Shown: positions 36,807 through 46,681 of the stretch, in pieces
Layout: each line of letters begins with the position of its first letter
Position numbering within the stretch: the first letter of the stretch is position 1
Origin: a virus
Lineage: Duplodnaviria; Caudoviricetes
IMG/VR virus record: IMGVR_UViG_3300038379_000063
Location: 1 to 49,195 of that record
Length of the DNA stretch: 49,195 nucleotides
Strand: one strand, 5' to 3'
Translations under genes and position numbers: made by a program
Notes under the pieces: generated by a model
What the model was told of the DNA's origin: nothing
Databases searched by the model: none
What the model saw: the letters and a program-made list of their open reading frames with translations, nothing else

Positions 36807-37015
36807 TAGAACTTCTAGTCCAAGAACTAGCGAAAGAAGTTACGGTTCTTCGAGAGAAACTGGAAGGCGCCTTCGATTTGTTCGATATGCTGGAAGATCG
36901 TATCAGACTCTTCGAAGAGAAGGATAAAGCTTTCGTAGAGTATGTAGACACTATCGAAGAATCGGTGACCGAGCTAGAACGCAAACTAGAAAGATTTGAA
37001 CATGCAAGAGAATAA
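36803..37015 (+). CDS. Coiled-coil hypothetical protein
   Basis: Heptad pattern. ATGA coupling. Confidence 0.65.
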   Translation: MIELLVQELAKEVTVLREKLEGAFDLFDMLEDRIRLFEEKDKAFVEYVDTIEESVTELERKLERFEHARE

Positions 37016-37316
37016 ACCCGAACAAATTCAACCGTTCCAACACTTCATCAAAATCCTACAAGCAAACCCTAAAGACCGCGCGCTGCGAGTCGATAGGCAA
37101 TATCTAGAAGCTGCTTTAGTGCAGTTTCTACAGCTCGGTAACGCTTACAAAGAGATGAAAGACAAAGAACAAAAACAGGAGACAAAAACAAATGAAGATA
37201 ACGGATCAGTATCTAATCAAGTTTGTGACGGAGAGCAACGCGATAGAAGGGATACGGAGGGAACCGCTGGAGAGGGAGCTAGTAGCTCATCTGAATCTGT
37301 GGAATCTCGAAGATGA
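36996..37316 (+). CDS. Hypothetical protein
   Basis: Operon position. Its tail overlaps the Fic gene. Confidence 0.55.
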   Translation: MNMQENKPEQIQPFQHFIKILQANPKDRALRVDRQYLEAALVQFLQLGNAYKEMKDKEQKQETKTNEDNGSVSNQVCDGEQRDRRDTEGTAGEGASSSSESVESRR

Positions 37317-37680
37317 AGTAAAGATTCAGGATCTTAAAAACTTCGTTAAAGAAATTCAACCTAACGCAGTCCTTCGGCAATACGCCGGCCCGGATGTTAG
37401 AATCGGAAATCATATTCCGATCCCTGGTGGCCCGAAAGTAAAAGACGAACTTTTCGGCATTCTTAATCGTGTTAGGCACAATAAAGAAGTTAAACCTATA
37501 CACCCGTATCTCATTCACCTTGAATACGAAACCCTACACCCGTTTACGGACGGTAACGGTAGAAGTGGTAGAGCATTGTGGGCCTGGCAAATGCTTAATC
37601 AGGGATGGGAAGGATGGGGAATCGATCTAGGTTTCCTACATGCTTTCTACTATCAAACTTTGCAACATACCGCGCGATGA
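37192..37680 (+). CDS. Fic-domain protein
   Basis: Canonical HPFTDGNGRSGR motif and ESNAIEG. Confidence 0.92.
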   Translation: MKITDQYLIKFVTESNAIEGIRREPLERELVAHLNLWNLEDEVKIQDLKNFVKEIQPNAVLRQYAGPDVRIGNHIPIPGGPKVKDELFGILNRVRHNKEVKPIHPYLIHLEYETLHPFTDGNGRSGRALWAWQMLNQGWEGWGIDLGFLHAFYYQTLQHTAR

Positions 37681-39533
37681 AACTCAAAATAGGAGACCTA
37701 GTAGCTCGTCCTGGCTACGCTCCTAACACTTGGCAATCCGCCCATCCTAGTACCTTCCAATCCTGGAGTGGTAAGGTACCGGTTAAAAGTTCGCCCGATC
37801 TAACCCGTATTAAGCGGATAGAACGAAGACCTAAACCGGAAGTAGATTCGCCCGAGGCGGAAGCTCTAATCGAGCTAATGACCGAGCGTTATGGACGGCA
37901 TAACCCATATTGCTCGTGCGCTAGCATGGGACGGGAATGTATTACCCGTCTTCGTCTAACCCAGGCATGGGCGCTTTACGAGATAGGGGTTACCGGAGGT
38001 TTGCTCGGACCTATTAACGTGGGTGACGGTAAGACTATCCTTAATATCCTCGCACCTTTAGCGATGGATTCGAAACTTACATTACTCCTGGTACCCCCGA
38101 ACCTAAGGGAGCAGCTCATATCCGACTACAAACTAATTGCCCAACATTTCGTAGTTCCGGCGATTAGAGTGGAAGGGAAGAGTTTTACTAACAGCATTCC
38201 AGGTAGACCGGTGTTGCAGGTCTATCCATACTCCCTGCTGTCAAGACCGGAATCTACGGACTTCCTAGAGCGTTTGAAACCTGATACTATTGTCGCCGAT
38301 GAATGCGATAAGCTACGTTATCCCAATACGGCGACTACCGGAAGAGTCCTACGTTATTTCGCAGAACACCCTAAGACTCGTTTCTGTGGATGGAGCGGAT
38401 CGATTACGGACGCTGGTCTTCGTGAATACGCGCACCTATCGTTTCTCGCGCTGCGGAACTGTTCACCGGTACCAATCGATTCCGAAACCGTAGATGAATG
38501 GGGAAGGGCATTAGATCCCGGCGATTTCCCCGCGCCCGCAGGCGCGTTGTTAGAACTCTGCAATCCAGGCGAACATGTTCGCGAGGGTTTTAAACGTCGC
38601 TTGCACGAAACGCAAGGGATAGTGACCTCCGTGAAATCCTCTGTAGATATCCCGCTACATGTCTACGAAAAAGAAGCGCCGGATATCCCTGATAATGTCC
38701 AAGACGCTTTAGACGTTTTGCGTGATGAATGGATTCGCCCGGACGGGGAAGAGATTGTCGAAGCACTGGCGCTTTCTCGATGCGCGCATCAGCTTGCCTG
38801 TGGATTCTATTACCGGTGGATTTTCCCTAAGCGAGAGTCTAAAGAAATTATCGATGAATGGTTCGAGGCGCGAAAGGAATGGCGAAAAGAACTGCGCCAG
38901 ATGCTTAAACAGCAACTTCCACATCTAGATAGTCCTATGCTTTGCGCCCAGGCAGCTCGGAGAGCATGGGGGGAGATTGAAGGCGATCCTAATCTTCCCC
39001 GGTGGAAGGCAGCAACGTGGCCTAGATGGAAGGCAATTAAAGGCAAGGTAGAACCAGAAACCGAAGCGGTTCGACTAAACCCTTACCTAGCGGAAGATGC
39101 CGCAGCATGGGCGAAAGAGAATCAGGGAATTATCTGGTACGGTCATACCGCTTTTGGTGAATGGGTCGCGGAAATTTCAGGTCTTCCGCTCTATGGTGGC
39201 GGACCTAAAGCAGACTTGATCATGAAAGAGAAAGGCGATCAATCTATTATCGCTTCTCTACCTTCCCATGGGCGTGGAAGGAACGGGTTACAATATAAGT
39301 TTTCAACGCAGCTAATCGCTAATGTTCCTAGTCGCGCGACTAGTTGGGAACAAGTTCTAGGACGTTTGCATCGCCCAGGACAAAAGGCATTGGAGGTAAG
39401 TGCCTACTTTTATTCGCATACCCCGGAACTTAAAAAATATCTTGACACTGCTTTCTCTAGAGCGGAATATGTTGAAGGAACAATCGGTTCCGCTCAAAAA
39501 CTAACTAACGGACTAAAGACCAGGAAGAGATAA
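37677..39533 (+). CDS. SF2 (SNF2-like) helicase
   Basis: VGDGKT, DECD, WSGS, G.G.N.LQ and EQVLGRLHRPGQ motifs. ATG 37677 overlaps the Fic stop. Confidence 0.85.
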   Translation: MKLKIGDLVARPGYAPNTWQSAHPSTFQSWSGKVPVKSSPDLTRIKRIERRPKPEVDSPEAEALIELMTERYGRHNPYCSCASMGRECITRLRLTQAWALYEIGVTGGLLGPINVGDGKTILNILAPLAMDSKLTLLLVPPNLREQLISDYKLIAQHFVVPAIRVEGKSFTNSIPGRPVLQVYPYSLLSRPESTDFLERLKPDTIVADECDKLRYPNTATTGRVLRYFAEHPKTRFCGWSGSITDAGLREYAHLSFLALRNCSPVPIDSETVDEWGRALDPGDFPAPAGALLELCNPGEHVREGFKRRLHETQGIVTSVKSSVDIPLHVYEKEAPDIPDNVQDALDVLRDEWIRPDGEEIVEALALSRCAHQLACGFYYRWIFPKRESKEIIDEWFEARKEWRKELRQMLKQQLPHLDSPMLCAQAARRAWGEIEGDPNLPRWKAATWPRWKAIKGKVEPETEAVRLNPYLAEDAAAWAKENQGIIWYGHTAFGEWVAEISGLPLYGGGPKADLIMKEKGDQSIIASLPSHGRGRNGLQYKFSTQLIANVPSRATSWEQVLGRLHRPGQKALEVSAYFYSHTPELKKYLDTAFSRAEYVEGTIGSAQKLTNGLKTRKR

Positions 39534-39534
39534 C

Positions 39535-40107
39535 ATGCAACTATTTGAACTCATTGCTAAATCCAAACCGCTTAAAACTTCGGCACCTTTTATTGCTGAA
39601 GGTAAACACAAGCTTCTTCTCAAGAATTATGAACTTGTGGAGAAGAATGAAGTCTTGACCGGTTCGGTTAAGTATTCTCTTAGTGCTACGTTCGTAGTCG
39701 AGGAATCGGCGGTTCATCCGGTAGGTTCTTCAGTCAAAGCACTCTGGAAGCTTGATAAGGCGGATTGGCAGCTTGAGCGCGAGCTTAGTAGGTCGCTCTC
39801 GTTTCTTATGGCACTTCTTGGGACTGATAAACCGGATGATGTTCAAGAAGCAGGCGCGCAACTTATTGATCCGACCCAACCGGCGAGGGGTATCCCGATA
39901 TATGCTATCGGCGTGAAGACCACTAGCGCGAAATCCGGTAAGGATTTTGTTAATGTTTCTTGGGAACATTGCAAATACACCCCGGAGGAAATCGTGGCGA
40001 ATCGTGCCAAGATCGAGGCCGGCGTTGTGGAAACCGCACCTGTTGCCCAGGTTGCGCAACCGAAGACTACCCAGAATAACCTTCTGGCGATGCTCGGTAA
40101 AAGGTAG
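39535..40107 (+). CDS. Putative ssDNA-binding/annealing protein
   Basis: OB-fold-like beta pattern, position in the replication module, followed by a terminator. Confidence 0.45.
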   Translation: MQLFELIAKSKPLKTSAPFIAEGKHKLLLKNYELVEKNEVLTGSVKYSLSATFVVEESAVHPVGSSVKALWKLDKADWQLERELSRSLSFLMALLGTDKPDDVQEAGAQLIDPTQPARGIPIYAIGVKTTSAKSGKDFVNVSWEHCKYTPEEIVANRAKIEAGVVETAPVAQVAQPKTTQNNLLAMLGKR

Positions 40108-40113
40108 GGGATA

Positions 40114-40167
40114 GGACCGGATCGGGTTCGGTGGAGCTACACACCTACTCGGTCCGGTCCGTTTTTT
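40114..40167 (+). terminator. Rho-independent terminator
   Basis: GGACCGGATCGGGT/ACTCGGTCCGGTCC stem followed by GTTTTTT. Confidence 0.75.
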
Positions 40168-40178
40168 CAGGAGGGGTT

Positions 40179-40259
40179 ATGCATCCTAGCGTGATTTGTC
40201 TGCTAGTTTCAGGCTTAGCTTTGGTTATTGCTTTTACTTTCGGGATGGATTGGCGATGA
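40179..40259 (+). CDS. 26-aa single-TM peptide, not in the ORF track
   Basis: RBS AGGAGG. MHPSVICLLVSGLALVIAFTFGMDWR. Stop overlaps the MazG start. Confidence 0.6.
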   Translation: MHPSVICLLVSGLALVIAFTFGMDWR

Positions 40260-40582
40260 TGAACTTCGGCGAATATGAATATCAAGCAACCGAGTTTGCT
40301 CGGTATCCCGAAAAAGTAGGTCTTTTTTATACCGCTCTTGGTTTGGCAGGAGAAGCTGGAGAATACGCGGATAAGATCAAGAAAGTTATCCGCGATCACG
40401 ATAGCGATCCTAGCGTCCTTCGGGATGATCTTATTGCAGAACTAGGCGATGTTCTTTGGTATCTACAAGAATGCGCTAGACAACTAAACGTATCCCTCGA
40501 AGAAGTCGCGGTTCGGAACATTAATAAACTGTCTTCTCGCTTGGTACGTAACGTTTTGCACGGTAGCGGAGATAACCGGTAG
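40256..40582 (+). CDS. MazG-like nucleotide pyrophosphohydrolase
   Basis: LGLAGEAGE..DK.KK, ELGDVLWY, N..KL..R and GSGDNR motifs. Confidence 0.92.
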   Translation: MMNFGEYEYQATEFARYPEKVGLFYTALGLAGEAGEYADKIKKVIRDHDSDPSVLRDDLIAELGDVLWYLQECARQLNVSLEEVAVRNINKLSSRLVRNVLHGSGDNR

Positions 40583-40812
40583 TGTTAACCTCCTACATTC
40601 TAGGTGTAATAACTCTTATTCTTCGCGCTTCATATCTCCACGGAACCGAAGACGAAGAAGATTTCGATAAAGATAACCGGTTAGGCAGTAGAATCGGTGC
40701 TGCGATTATCTGGCCTATTCTCGCGCTTCCCTACATTGCGCACCGTATCGGCGAAAAAGAAAAAGAGCGTTCTAAACTACCAGAGGCGAAAGTCTACAGG
40801 AGATTAAAGTGA
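40582..40812 (+). CDS. Small membrane protein
   Basis: Two hydrophobic segments (..IIWP..). Confidence 0.55.
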   Translation: MLTSYILGVITLILRASYLHGTEDEEDFDKDNRLGSRIGAAIIWPILALPYIAHRIGEKEKERSKLPEAKVYRRLK

Positions 40813-41363
40813 CTTGGATTCAGATGTATCCTTCCGGTCATATCGTTCATTACGATATGTTTACTCCTGCGGATATCTATATCGAAGATATTGCCCATCA
40901 TCTAGCGTTCGAATGCCGTTATGGCGGAGGGGTGCGGAAGCACTATTCCGTAGCAGAACACTCAGTAAACGTTAGTAAACGTGTCCCGCAAGAATACGCG
41001 AAAGAAGCTTTGCTTCACGACGCTAGCGAAGCGTATCTTAAAGACGTCACCAGCGGACTGAAGAATATGCCAGGAATGGCGTGGTATCGCGATATAGAAA
41101 AGCATTTTCAGACGATAATCTACGAAACCTTCGGCATCGTTTCTACACCTGAATCCAGAGCAGCGGTCAAATATGTAGACGATGCGATCACACTGGATGA
41201 GTCATTAGAGCTAACCGCCGATTTTCGTCCTTACCAGGTTCCTAGATCGGATATCAAACCTTTGGATATTCAGATTACCGGGCATAAAAATCTAGACGCG
41301 GAGAGTTTGTTCCTTTATCGTTTTAGACAACTCTTCGGGTCAAAATGGAACAAAAACGTTTAG
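40809..41363 (+). CDS. HD-domain phosphohydrolase (YfbR/YfdR-like 5'-deoxynucleotidase)
   Basis: IEDIAH.L...CRY.G, YSVAEHS and LLHDASEAY motifs. Confidence 0.9.
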   Translation: MTWIQMYPSGHIVHYDMFTPADIYIEDIAHHLAFECRYGGGVRKHYSVAEHSVNVSKRVPQEYAKEALLHDASEAYLKDVTSGLKNMPGMAWYRDIEKHFQTIIYETFGIVSTPESRAAVKYVDDAITLDESLELTADFRPYQVPRSDIKPLDIQITGHKNLDAESLFLYRFRQLFGSKWNKNV

Positions 41364-43486
41364 AGTCGCTCGCGGAATTTGGGGTGGCGTTCGATACCGA
41401 AACCTATCTAGTTCAGGATGGTTTAAGTGCGCCGCCTTTGGTTTGCGGTTCTTTAGCGTTAATGTCCGAGAGCGGAATAGTCGGAAATGTACAGGGAAAA
41501 GAAGCAGCCCTCGAAACATTCCAGACCATCCTAAGCCTTAATCACACCATCATCGGGGCGAACATCGCTTACGACATGCTCGTTATGGCGGTTTATGCTG
41601 CATCGAGGGGCAAAGACCTTCTGCCGGAAATCTTCCGCGCGTACGATGAAGGTCGTGTTTTTGACATTCTTATTGCCGAACAACTCCACGGGATAGGCAC
41701 CGGAACTTTAGGACGTGATCCGGTTTCCGGTAAACCGCTTAGAAACGACGAAGGTAAGCCTACTAGTCGTTATAGTTTGTGGAACTGTACCCGTATCGTT
41801 CTAGGCAGGGAAGACGCGAAGAAGAACGACGAATGGCGGAAGCGTTATCGCGAGCTAGATCAGATTCCGATTGATCGGTGGCCTGAAAACGCGCGGCAAT
41901 ATCCTATCGACGATGCGGTCAACACGCTGGAAGTAGCGTTAACGCAGGTCAAACGGAATAAGAACCTGCATAACCTTAGCTTCCAATGCTATGCCGCATG
42001 GGCGATGCATCTCGGCGCGGCATGGGGTTTTAACGTTAACAAAGATTCCGTAGATGCTCTAGAGAAGAAGACTTTAGAAGAACGCGAAGTTCATATCCAG
42101 AGGTTTAAAGACGCGGGACTAATTCGCGCGAACGGTTCGGAAAACACCGCCGCTCTGAAGAAACTCGTAGCGGAAGCTTACGGGGTTATCGGAAGTTGCC
42201 AGAAATGTACCGGTACCGGTACAGTTCCAGGCAAGGGTAAAAAAGGCGTACAGTGCCAGGACTGTAGCGCCACCGGTAAAGATTTGACTACCGCACCGGT
42301 ACCTTTAACGGAAACCGGTCGAATCTCCTGCGGACGGGACTCGCTATATGAATCCGGCGATGATTTCTTGATCGATTACGCGGAGTTTTCGGAGCGGGAT
42401 AAAGTCACTAGCACTTATATCCCTTGGTTGCGTAGAGGTTTTCGCGATGGGAAACCGGTCCCACTAAACCTTAAACCAAACGTGCTAGTAGAAACCGGGC
42501 GCGCTAGTTATAGTCTCGAACATCAGCTTCCCCGTAACCTGGGCATCCGGGAATGCATCGAGGCGCCGAAGGGATGGGTTTATTGTAGCTGTGACTACGG
42601 CGGTATCGAGCTAGTAGCTCATGCTCAATCTTGTATATGGTTACTCGGGGAATCTAGTCTAGCGAAGATTATTAACGATCATGGTGCTAGCTCCGTACAT
42701 GCCATGCTAGGCGCGAAGATTTCCGGTGTACCGTACGAAGAATATAAGGATAGGTTTAAGAAGGAAAAGTTCTTAAAAGACTGTCGTCAAGCTGCTAAAG
42801 CTGTGAACTTCGGTTTCCCCGGGGGCATGGGCGCGGTTAAGCTGGTTTTGCAGCAACGAAAGCAGGGACCGGATACTACCGCGCCTAACGGTAGGGTTTA
42901 CAAAGGTCTTCGGTTCTGCCTGTTGACCGGTGGTGAGCAGGAGTGCGGCAAAACGAAGATTACTGAATGGAGAGGTAGGCAATATACCCCGGTTTGTAAA
43001 CGCTGCGTAGAATGCGCCGAAGATCTGAAGAAGATTTGGTTCGATCTGTTACCTGAAAATAAGGATTACTTTGACCTTATCGCCCGGATGGTAGACGAAG
43101 GTAAACCCCTAGTTCAGCATGTAAGCGGGCGTATCAGGGCAGGGGTAGATTTCTGTTCTGCTGCTAACGGATACTTCCAAGCGCTAACTAGCGAAGGCGC
43201 GAAACTAGCATTGACAAGAGTTAAAAAAGAAGAGATGCTAGATCGTGCTTCGGTGCTTTATGGTTCTAGGACTATTTATCTTTATCATGATGAGTTATTT
43301 AGTGCTTTGCCTGAAAAGAACGCTCATGACGCTGCTTTTCGGCTGCGAGATATTATGGTCCAGGCGATGAAGGAATATATCCCGGATGTAGCGGTAGGTG
43401 CCGAACCGGCGCTGATGCGCGTGTGGGATAAGAACGCGGAACCTAAGTTTCTGGACGGGAAATTAGTGGTTTGGGATAATATATGA
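41345..43486 (+). CDS. Family A DNA polymerase with 3'-5' exonuclease
   Basis: Exo motifs FDTET, GANIAYD and Y..DD. TGR. Motif A DYGGIEL, motif B RQAAKAVNFGFPGG, motif C HDE. Confidence 0.92.
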   Translation: MEQKRLESLAEFGVAFDTETYLVQDGLSAPPLVCGSLALMSESGIVGNVQGKEAALETFQTILSLNHTIIGANIAYDMLVMAVYAASRGKDLLPEIFRAYDEGRVFDILIAEQLHGIGTGTLGRDPVSGKPLRNDEGKPTSRYSLWNCTRIVLGREDAKKNDEWRKRYRELDQIPIDRWPENARQYPIDDAVNTLEVALTQVKRNKNLHNLSFQCYAAWAMHLGAAWGFNVNKDSVDALEKKTLEEREVHIQRFKDAGLIRANGSENTAALKKLVAEAYGVIGSCQKCTGTGTVPGKGKKGVQCQDCSATGKDLTTAPVPLTETGRISCGRDSLYESGDDFLIDYAEFSERDKVTSTYIPWLRRGFRDGKPVPLNLKPNVLVETGRASYSLEHQLPRNLGIRECIEAPKGWVYCSCDYGGIELVAHAQSCIWLLGESSLAKIINDHGASSVHAMLGAKISGVPYEEYKDRFKKEKFLKDCRQAAKAVNFGFPGGMGAVKLVLQQRKQGPDTTAPNGRVYKGLRFCLLTGGEQECGKTKITEWRGRQYTPVCKRCVECAEDLKKIWFDLLPENKDYFDLIARMVDEGKPLVQHVSGRIRAGVDFCSAANGYFQALTSEGAKLALTRVKKEEMLDRASVLYGSRTIYLYHDELFSALPEKNAHDAAFRLRDIMVQAMKEYIPDVAVGAEPALMRVWDKNAEPKFLDGKLVVWDNI

Positions 43487-43878
43487 TACGAGAAACTCTT
43501 GCTTTACTCTTCTTACTCCTATCCCCGGATACCAAGGTCAAGACCTGTCACTCTACAGTCTTTGGTACGCCCGGAGATAAACTAGCCGGAGGAAACGCAA
43601 TCTATATCCGTCGAAAAGTAAATTCGGAGGATATCGGAGTCGCGCATCGTACTCTACCGCTCGGACATAAGATAGTTGTACAGAACCCTAAAACCGGGAA
43701 GATAGCCATCGCCACGGTAATTGATCGCGGTCCTTACGGCGCAATCTATGACGGAGAATGGGTGTCGAAACGCACCAAGGATGATCCGGGCGAATGGCGT
43801 GGGTGTTTAGATTTAACTCCGGCACTAGCAAAAGCAATCGGTCATAACGGATTCCAACGAGTCAAGGTATTCTATTAA
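43483..43878 (+). CDS. RlpA-like (DPBB) lytic transglycosylase
   Basis: AHRTLPLG, V.DRGPY and LDLT..LA..IG motifs. Signal-like N-terminus. Confidence 0.85.
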   Translation: MIRETLALLFLLLSPDTKVKTCHSTVFGTPGDKLAGGNAIYIRRKVNSEDIGVAHRTLPLGHKIVVQNPKTGKIAIATVIDRGPYGAIYDGEWVSKRTKDDPGEWRGCLDLTPALAKAIGHNGFQRVKVFY

Positions 43879-43879
43879 T

Positions 43880-44092
43880 ATGGGCTTCAAACCACGACTA
43901 ACAACTAAAGCTCCCACCTATAACTTTCTCGTTTGTCCGCATTGCTCTGTTACGTATGAAGAGTACGTAGTTAAAGCATATAACCTCCGCGATGCGGATA
44001 TCGTCTCCTGCGGTTCGTGTGGGGAACATCTTCTAATCAAAGAAGATTTGACCGGGAATCTTTACTTCGCGGTTATGAACGGGGAAAATTAA
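43880..44092 (+). CDS. Zn-ribbon protein
   Basis: CPHC...CGSC. Confidence 0.6.
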   Translation: MGFKPRLTTKAPTYNFLVCPHCSVTYEEYVVKAYNLRDADIVSCGSCGEHLLIKEDLTGNLYFAVMNGEN

Positions 44093-44096
44093 TGGG

Positions 44097-44333
44097 ATGG
44101 GTAACGGTAAGAAAGTTCCCGCCCCTTGCGGCAGATTCGGACACGAAGGCGAAATAGTTATCGGAACTTACGCCCAATGCCCTATCTGCGATTTTGTTCC
44201 GGATTTTATAATACCGGAAGTAACTGAGAAAATCTGGTTAGATTGTAACCATCATCATACTACCGTTAACCAACATGGTGATAGGTATGGTGTCTGGTGT
44301 GATGATTGCGGTAGATTTCTCAGAAAACTATGA
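44097..44333 (+). CDS. Cys/His-rich small protein
   Basis: C...GH...CPIC and C.H...CDDC. Confidence 0.6.
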   Translation: MGNGKKVPAPCGRFGHEGEIVIGTYAQCPICDFVPDFIIPEVTEKIWLDCNHHHTTVNQHGDRYGVWCDDCGRFLRKL

Positions 44334-44869
44334 AAATCTGGTTTACCTCAGATCATCATTTCAATCATAAAAACATCATAGGTTTTTGTGGTAGACCGTA
44401 TCCGTTCATTCACGAAATGAATCGAGACCTGATGATCCGGTGGAACTCCGTGGTTCGCGATATCGATACCGTCTACCACCTGGGCGATCTATCGTACTTC
44501 CGGGATAAAGGTACTGCCGATGTTCTTCGTGGTCTTAACGGTAAGATCCGGCTAGTACCAGGCAATCACGATACCCCAGGGCGCTTTGGGGAAGTTTCTA
44601 GGTCGATTATCGAGGTTCTACCGCCTATCCACACCATCAAAGAAGACGGGGTTAAAATCGTCCTATGCCATTACCCTTTAGAGTCCTGGGAAAGCATGAG
44701 TCGCGGTACCCTCCATTTCCACGGGCATTCCCACGGTAAGAGTCGAACGGTTAGGAATCGGTTAGATGTAGGTGTGGATTGCTGGGATTATTTTCCTGTT
44801 GATTTAGAAGCAGCAATCAAGCAAGCTAGGGGAGATTATGATCAACCCAGCATTTCTGATAAAGTGTGA
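44330..44869 (+). CDS. Metallophosphoesterase
   Basis: WFTSDHHF.H, HLGD, GNHD, CHYP, HGHSH and DVGVD motifs. Confidence 0.92.
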   Translation: MKIWFTSDHHFNHKNIIGFCGRPYPFIHEMNRDLMIRWNSVVRDIDTVYHLGDLSYFRDKGTADVLRGLNGKIRLVPGNHDTPGRFGEVSRSIIEVLPPIHTIKEDGVKIVLCHYPLESWESMSRGTLHFHGHSHGKSRTVRNRLDVGVDCWDYFPVDLEAAIKQARGDYDQPSISDKV

Positions 44870-45035
44870 CGGTTGCGAAACCGCTACGATCGTACCGGGT
44901 TTTCCGATGCCGGATGGCGGGATTCAAATCCCAAGCGTACCAGGATGGAAGGTAGAAGTTCCTTCGGTTCTAACCCCGAACGCTCCTACCGCCCCTAAAC
45001 ATTTCTGTCCGAATTGCCAGAAGGAGAAGCCGTGA
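44838..45035 (+). CDS. Zn-finger protein
   Basis: CDGC...GW...HFCPNC. Confidence 0.65.
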   Translation: MINPAFLIKCDGCETATIVPGFPMPDGGIQIPSVPGWKVEVPSVLTPNAPTAPKHFCPNCQKEKP

Positions 45036-45403
45036 GAGTACCTATCAGAAAGAACGGAGCTTATAATTCTACTTGGGGGCGTAGCGCCAAAAAAAGAACG
45101 TATACTGGTTTTCTACCGCGTCAATGGGCTATTCTCGAGTTTCTTCGATCACAACAAACCGCTAGTATCAAAAGACTCGAACGATGGGCGGTTTCTGATC
45201 GTGGTTGGGCAGCAAGTTTGAAAGAGTGTTCTGATAAAGCGCTGGTTCGAAATCCGCTGAAATATTTAGAACAGACCGGAGCAATAAGAAATCAAACCAC
45301 CATCGGCGATGGGGTTATCTCTATAACGAGCACCGGTTTAAACTATTTAAACGCTCCACGAAAATACCGTAAACCCCTTAATAAAGAATATGAACATGCT
45401 TAA
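45032..45403 (+). CDS. Winged-helix DNA-binding protein
   Basis: RQW.ILEFL...L..LE..G.I......IT.TG..YL pattern. RBS AAGGAG before GTG 45032. Confidence 0.55.
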   Translation: MRVPIRKNGAYNSTWGRSAKKRTYTGFLPRQWAILEFLRSQQTASIKRLERWAVSDRGWAASLKECSDKALVRNPLKYLEQTGAIRNQTTIGDGVISITSTGLNYLNAPRKYRKPLNKEYEHA

Positions 45404-46145
45404 ACCTTTCTTCGGGTACTTTGGGGGGAAATACAGAATTGCCCCGAAATACCCGAAACCAACCTTTCAAACTGTTGTCGAACCTTTTGCCGGCGCAGCC
45501 GGATACGCGCTTCGATACCCAGAGAAACAAGTCATTCTGGTAGAGAAAAACCCGGAGGTCGCGGCGGTTTGGGCTTATTTAGTAAAAGCAACACCAGAAC
45601 AGATTCTAAAACTTCCGTTAATCGATCGTGCCGAACAAAATGTTTCGGAATTCAAGATTTCCATCGAAGAAAAACTGTTGATAGGGTTTAATATAAATGC
45701 TGGTTCGGCGACCCCTAGGAACAAAATATCAAACTTCGCTCGAGATTACCGACCGCCGTGGGAACACACTAAAGAGGACGGCAGCACTCACCCCGGATAC
45801 GAAAACTTCTGGGGAGCAAAGCGGCGCGAAAGAATCGCGAGACAAGTTAACAAGATAAAACACTGGAGAATTATAGAAGGCGACTATAAAGCTTCGCCTA
45901 AAATACCGGCAACGTGGTTTGTTGATCCGCCATATGAGAAAGCGGGCAAATCATATCCTTTTAATGACATCAACAGAAAAGAGCTAGCAGAGTGGTGTTT
46001 GGGCCTGTCTGGTCAACTGATAGTATGCGAAGCTGTTGGTGCGGAGTGGTTACCTTTTCAAACGTTCGGCAGCTTTAAATCGACTCCGGGAAAAAAGCGC
46101 GCCGGAAAAACAGAAGAGGCTATATACTACCGAGAAACTTTATGA
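45390..46145 (+). CDS. DNA adenine methyltransferase (Dam/D12 class)
   Basis: Y.GGK, EPFAG and DPPY motifs. Confidence 0.88.
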   Translation: MNMLKPFFGYFGGKYRIAPKYPKPTFQTVVEPFAGAAGYALRYPEKQVILVEKNPEVAAVWAYLVKATPEQILKLPLIDRAEQNVSEFKISIEEKLLIGFNINAGSATPRNKISNFARDYRPPWEHTKEDGSTHPGYENFWGAKRRERIARQVNKIKHWRIIEGDYKASPKIPATWFVDPPYEKAGKSYPFNDINRKELAEWCLGLSGQLIVCEAVGAEWLPFQTFGSFKSTPGKKRAGKTEEAIYYRETL

Positions 46146-46681
46146 AACTACTTCTAGCTGTAGACCCTTCGATTAACAGCTGCGGAGTCGCGGTTTTCTA
46201 CGAACGCAACCTACGAGCCGCGGTAACTATTGGCGTTGATTCGTTCGAGGCATCTTGCCTAGCGCAACGGTGCGCGGTAATGGCGGAAGAAGTTTACGCT
46301 TGGGTAGGTAGGACCTTCAAACCCTGGACTAAGGTTGATATCGTTTTCGAGTGGCCGATGATATATCTTAAACAACACGGTAAACGCCCGAATGACCTTC
46401 CCGCGCTAGCAGGTGTAGGCATGGCAATAGCCTGTCGGTTCCCTAGACCGGAGATACACTCTTACTATCCGCAGGAGTGGGCGGGACAGATTCCTAAAGC
46501 GAAGACGAAGAAGGGCGCGGATTCATCCCCGCGCGCTTTACGTATTAAATCTAGACTTTCAGATGAAGAAATGAAGCATTGGCCTAAAAGCCAACACGAT
46601 GCCATCGATGCAATCGGTATCGGTCTTTATCACTTGGGGCGGTTAGAAAGGAAGCGAGTGTATGCGGGTCAAAGTCTATAA
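46142..46681 (+). CDS. RuvC-like Holliday junction resolvase
   Basis: LAVDPS...CGVA, VFE.P, P.EW and HD.IDAIGIG motifs. Confidence 0.8.
   Translation: MKLLLAVDPSINSCGVAVFYERNLRAAVTIGVDSFEASCLAQRCAVMAEEVYAWVGRTFKPWTKVDIVFEWPMIYLKQHGKRPNDLPALAGVGMAIACRFPRPEIHSYYPQEWAGQIPKAKTKKGADSSPRALRIKSRLSDEEMKHWPKSQHDAIDAIGIGLYHLGRLERKRVYAGQSL

Noticed and set aside
39442-39475. Internal TTGACA promoter upstream of the putative SSB gene (also one near 43211)
   Set aside because: No convincing -10 hexamer at 16-18 nt spacing.
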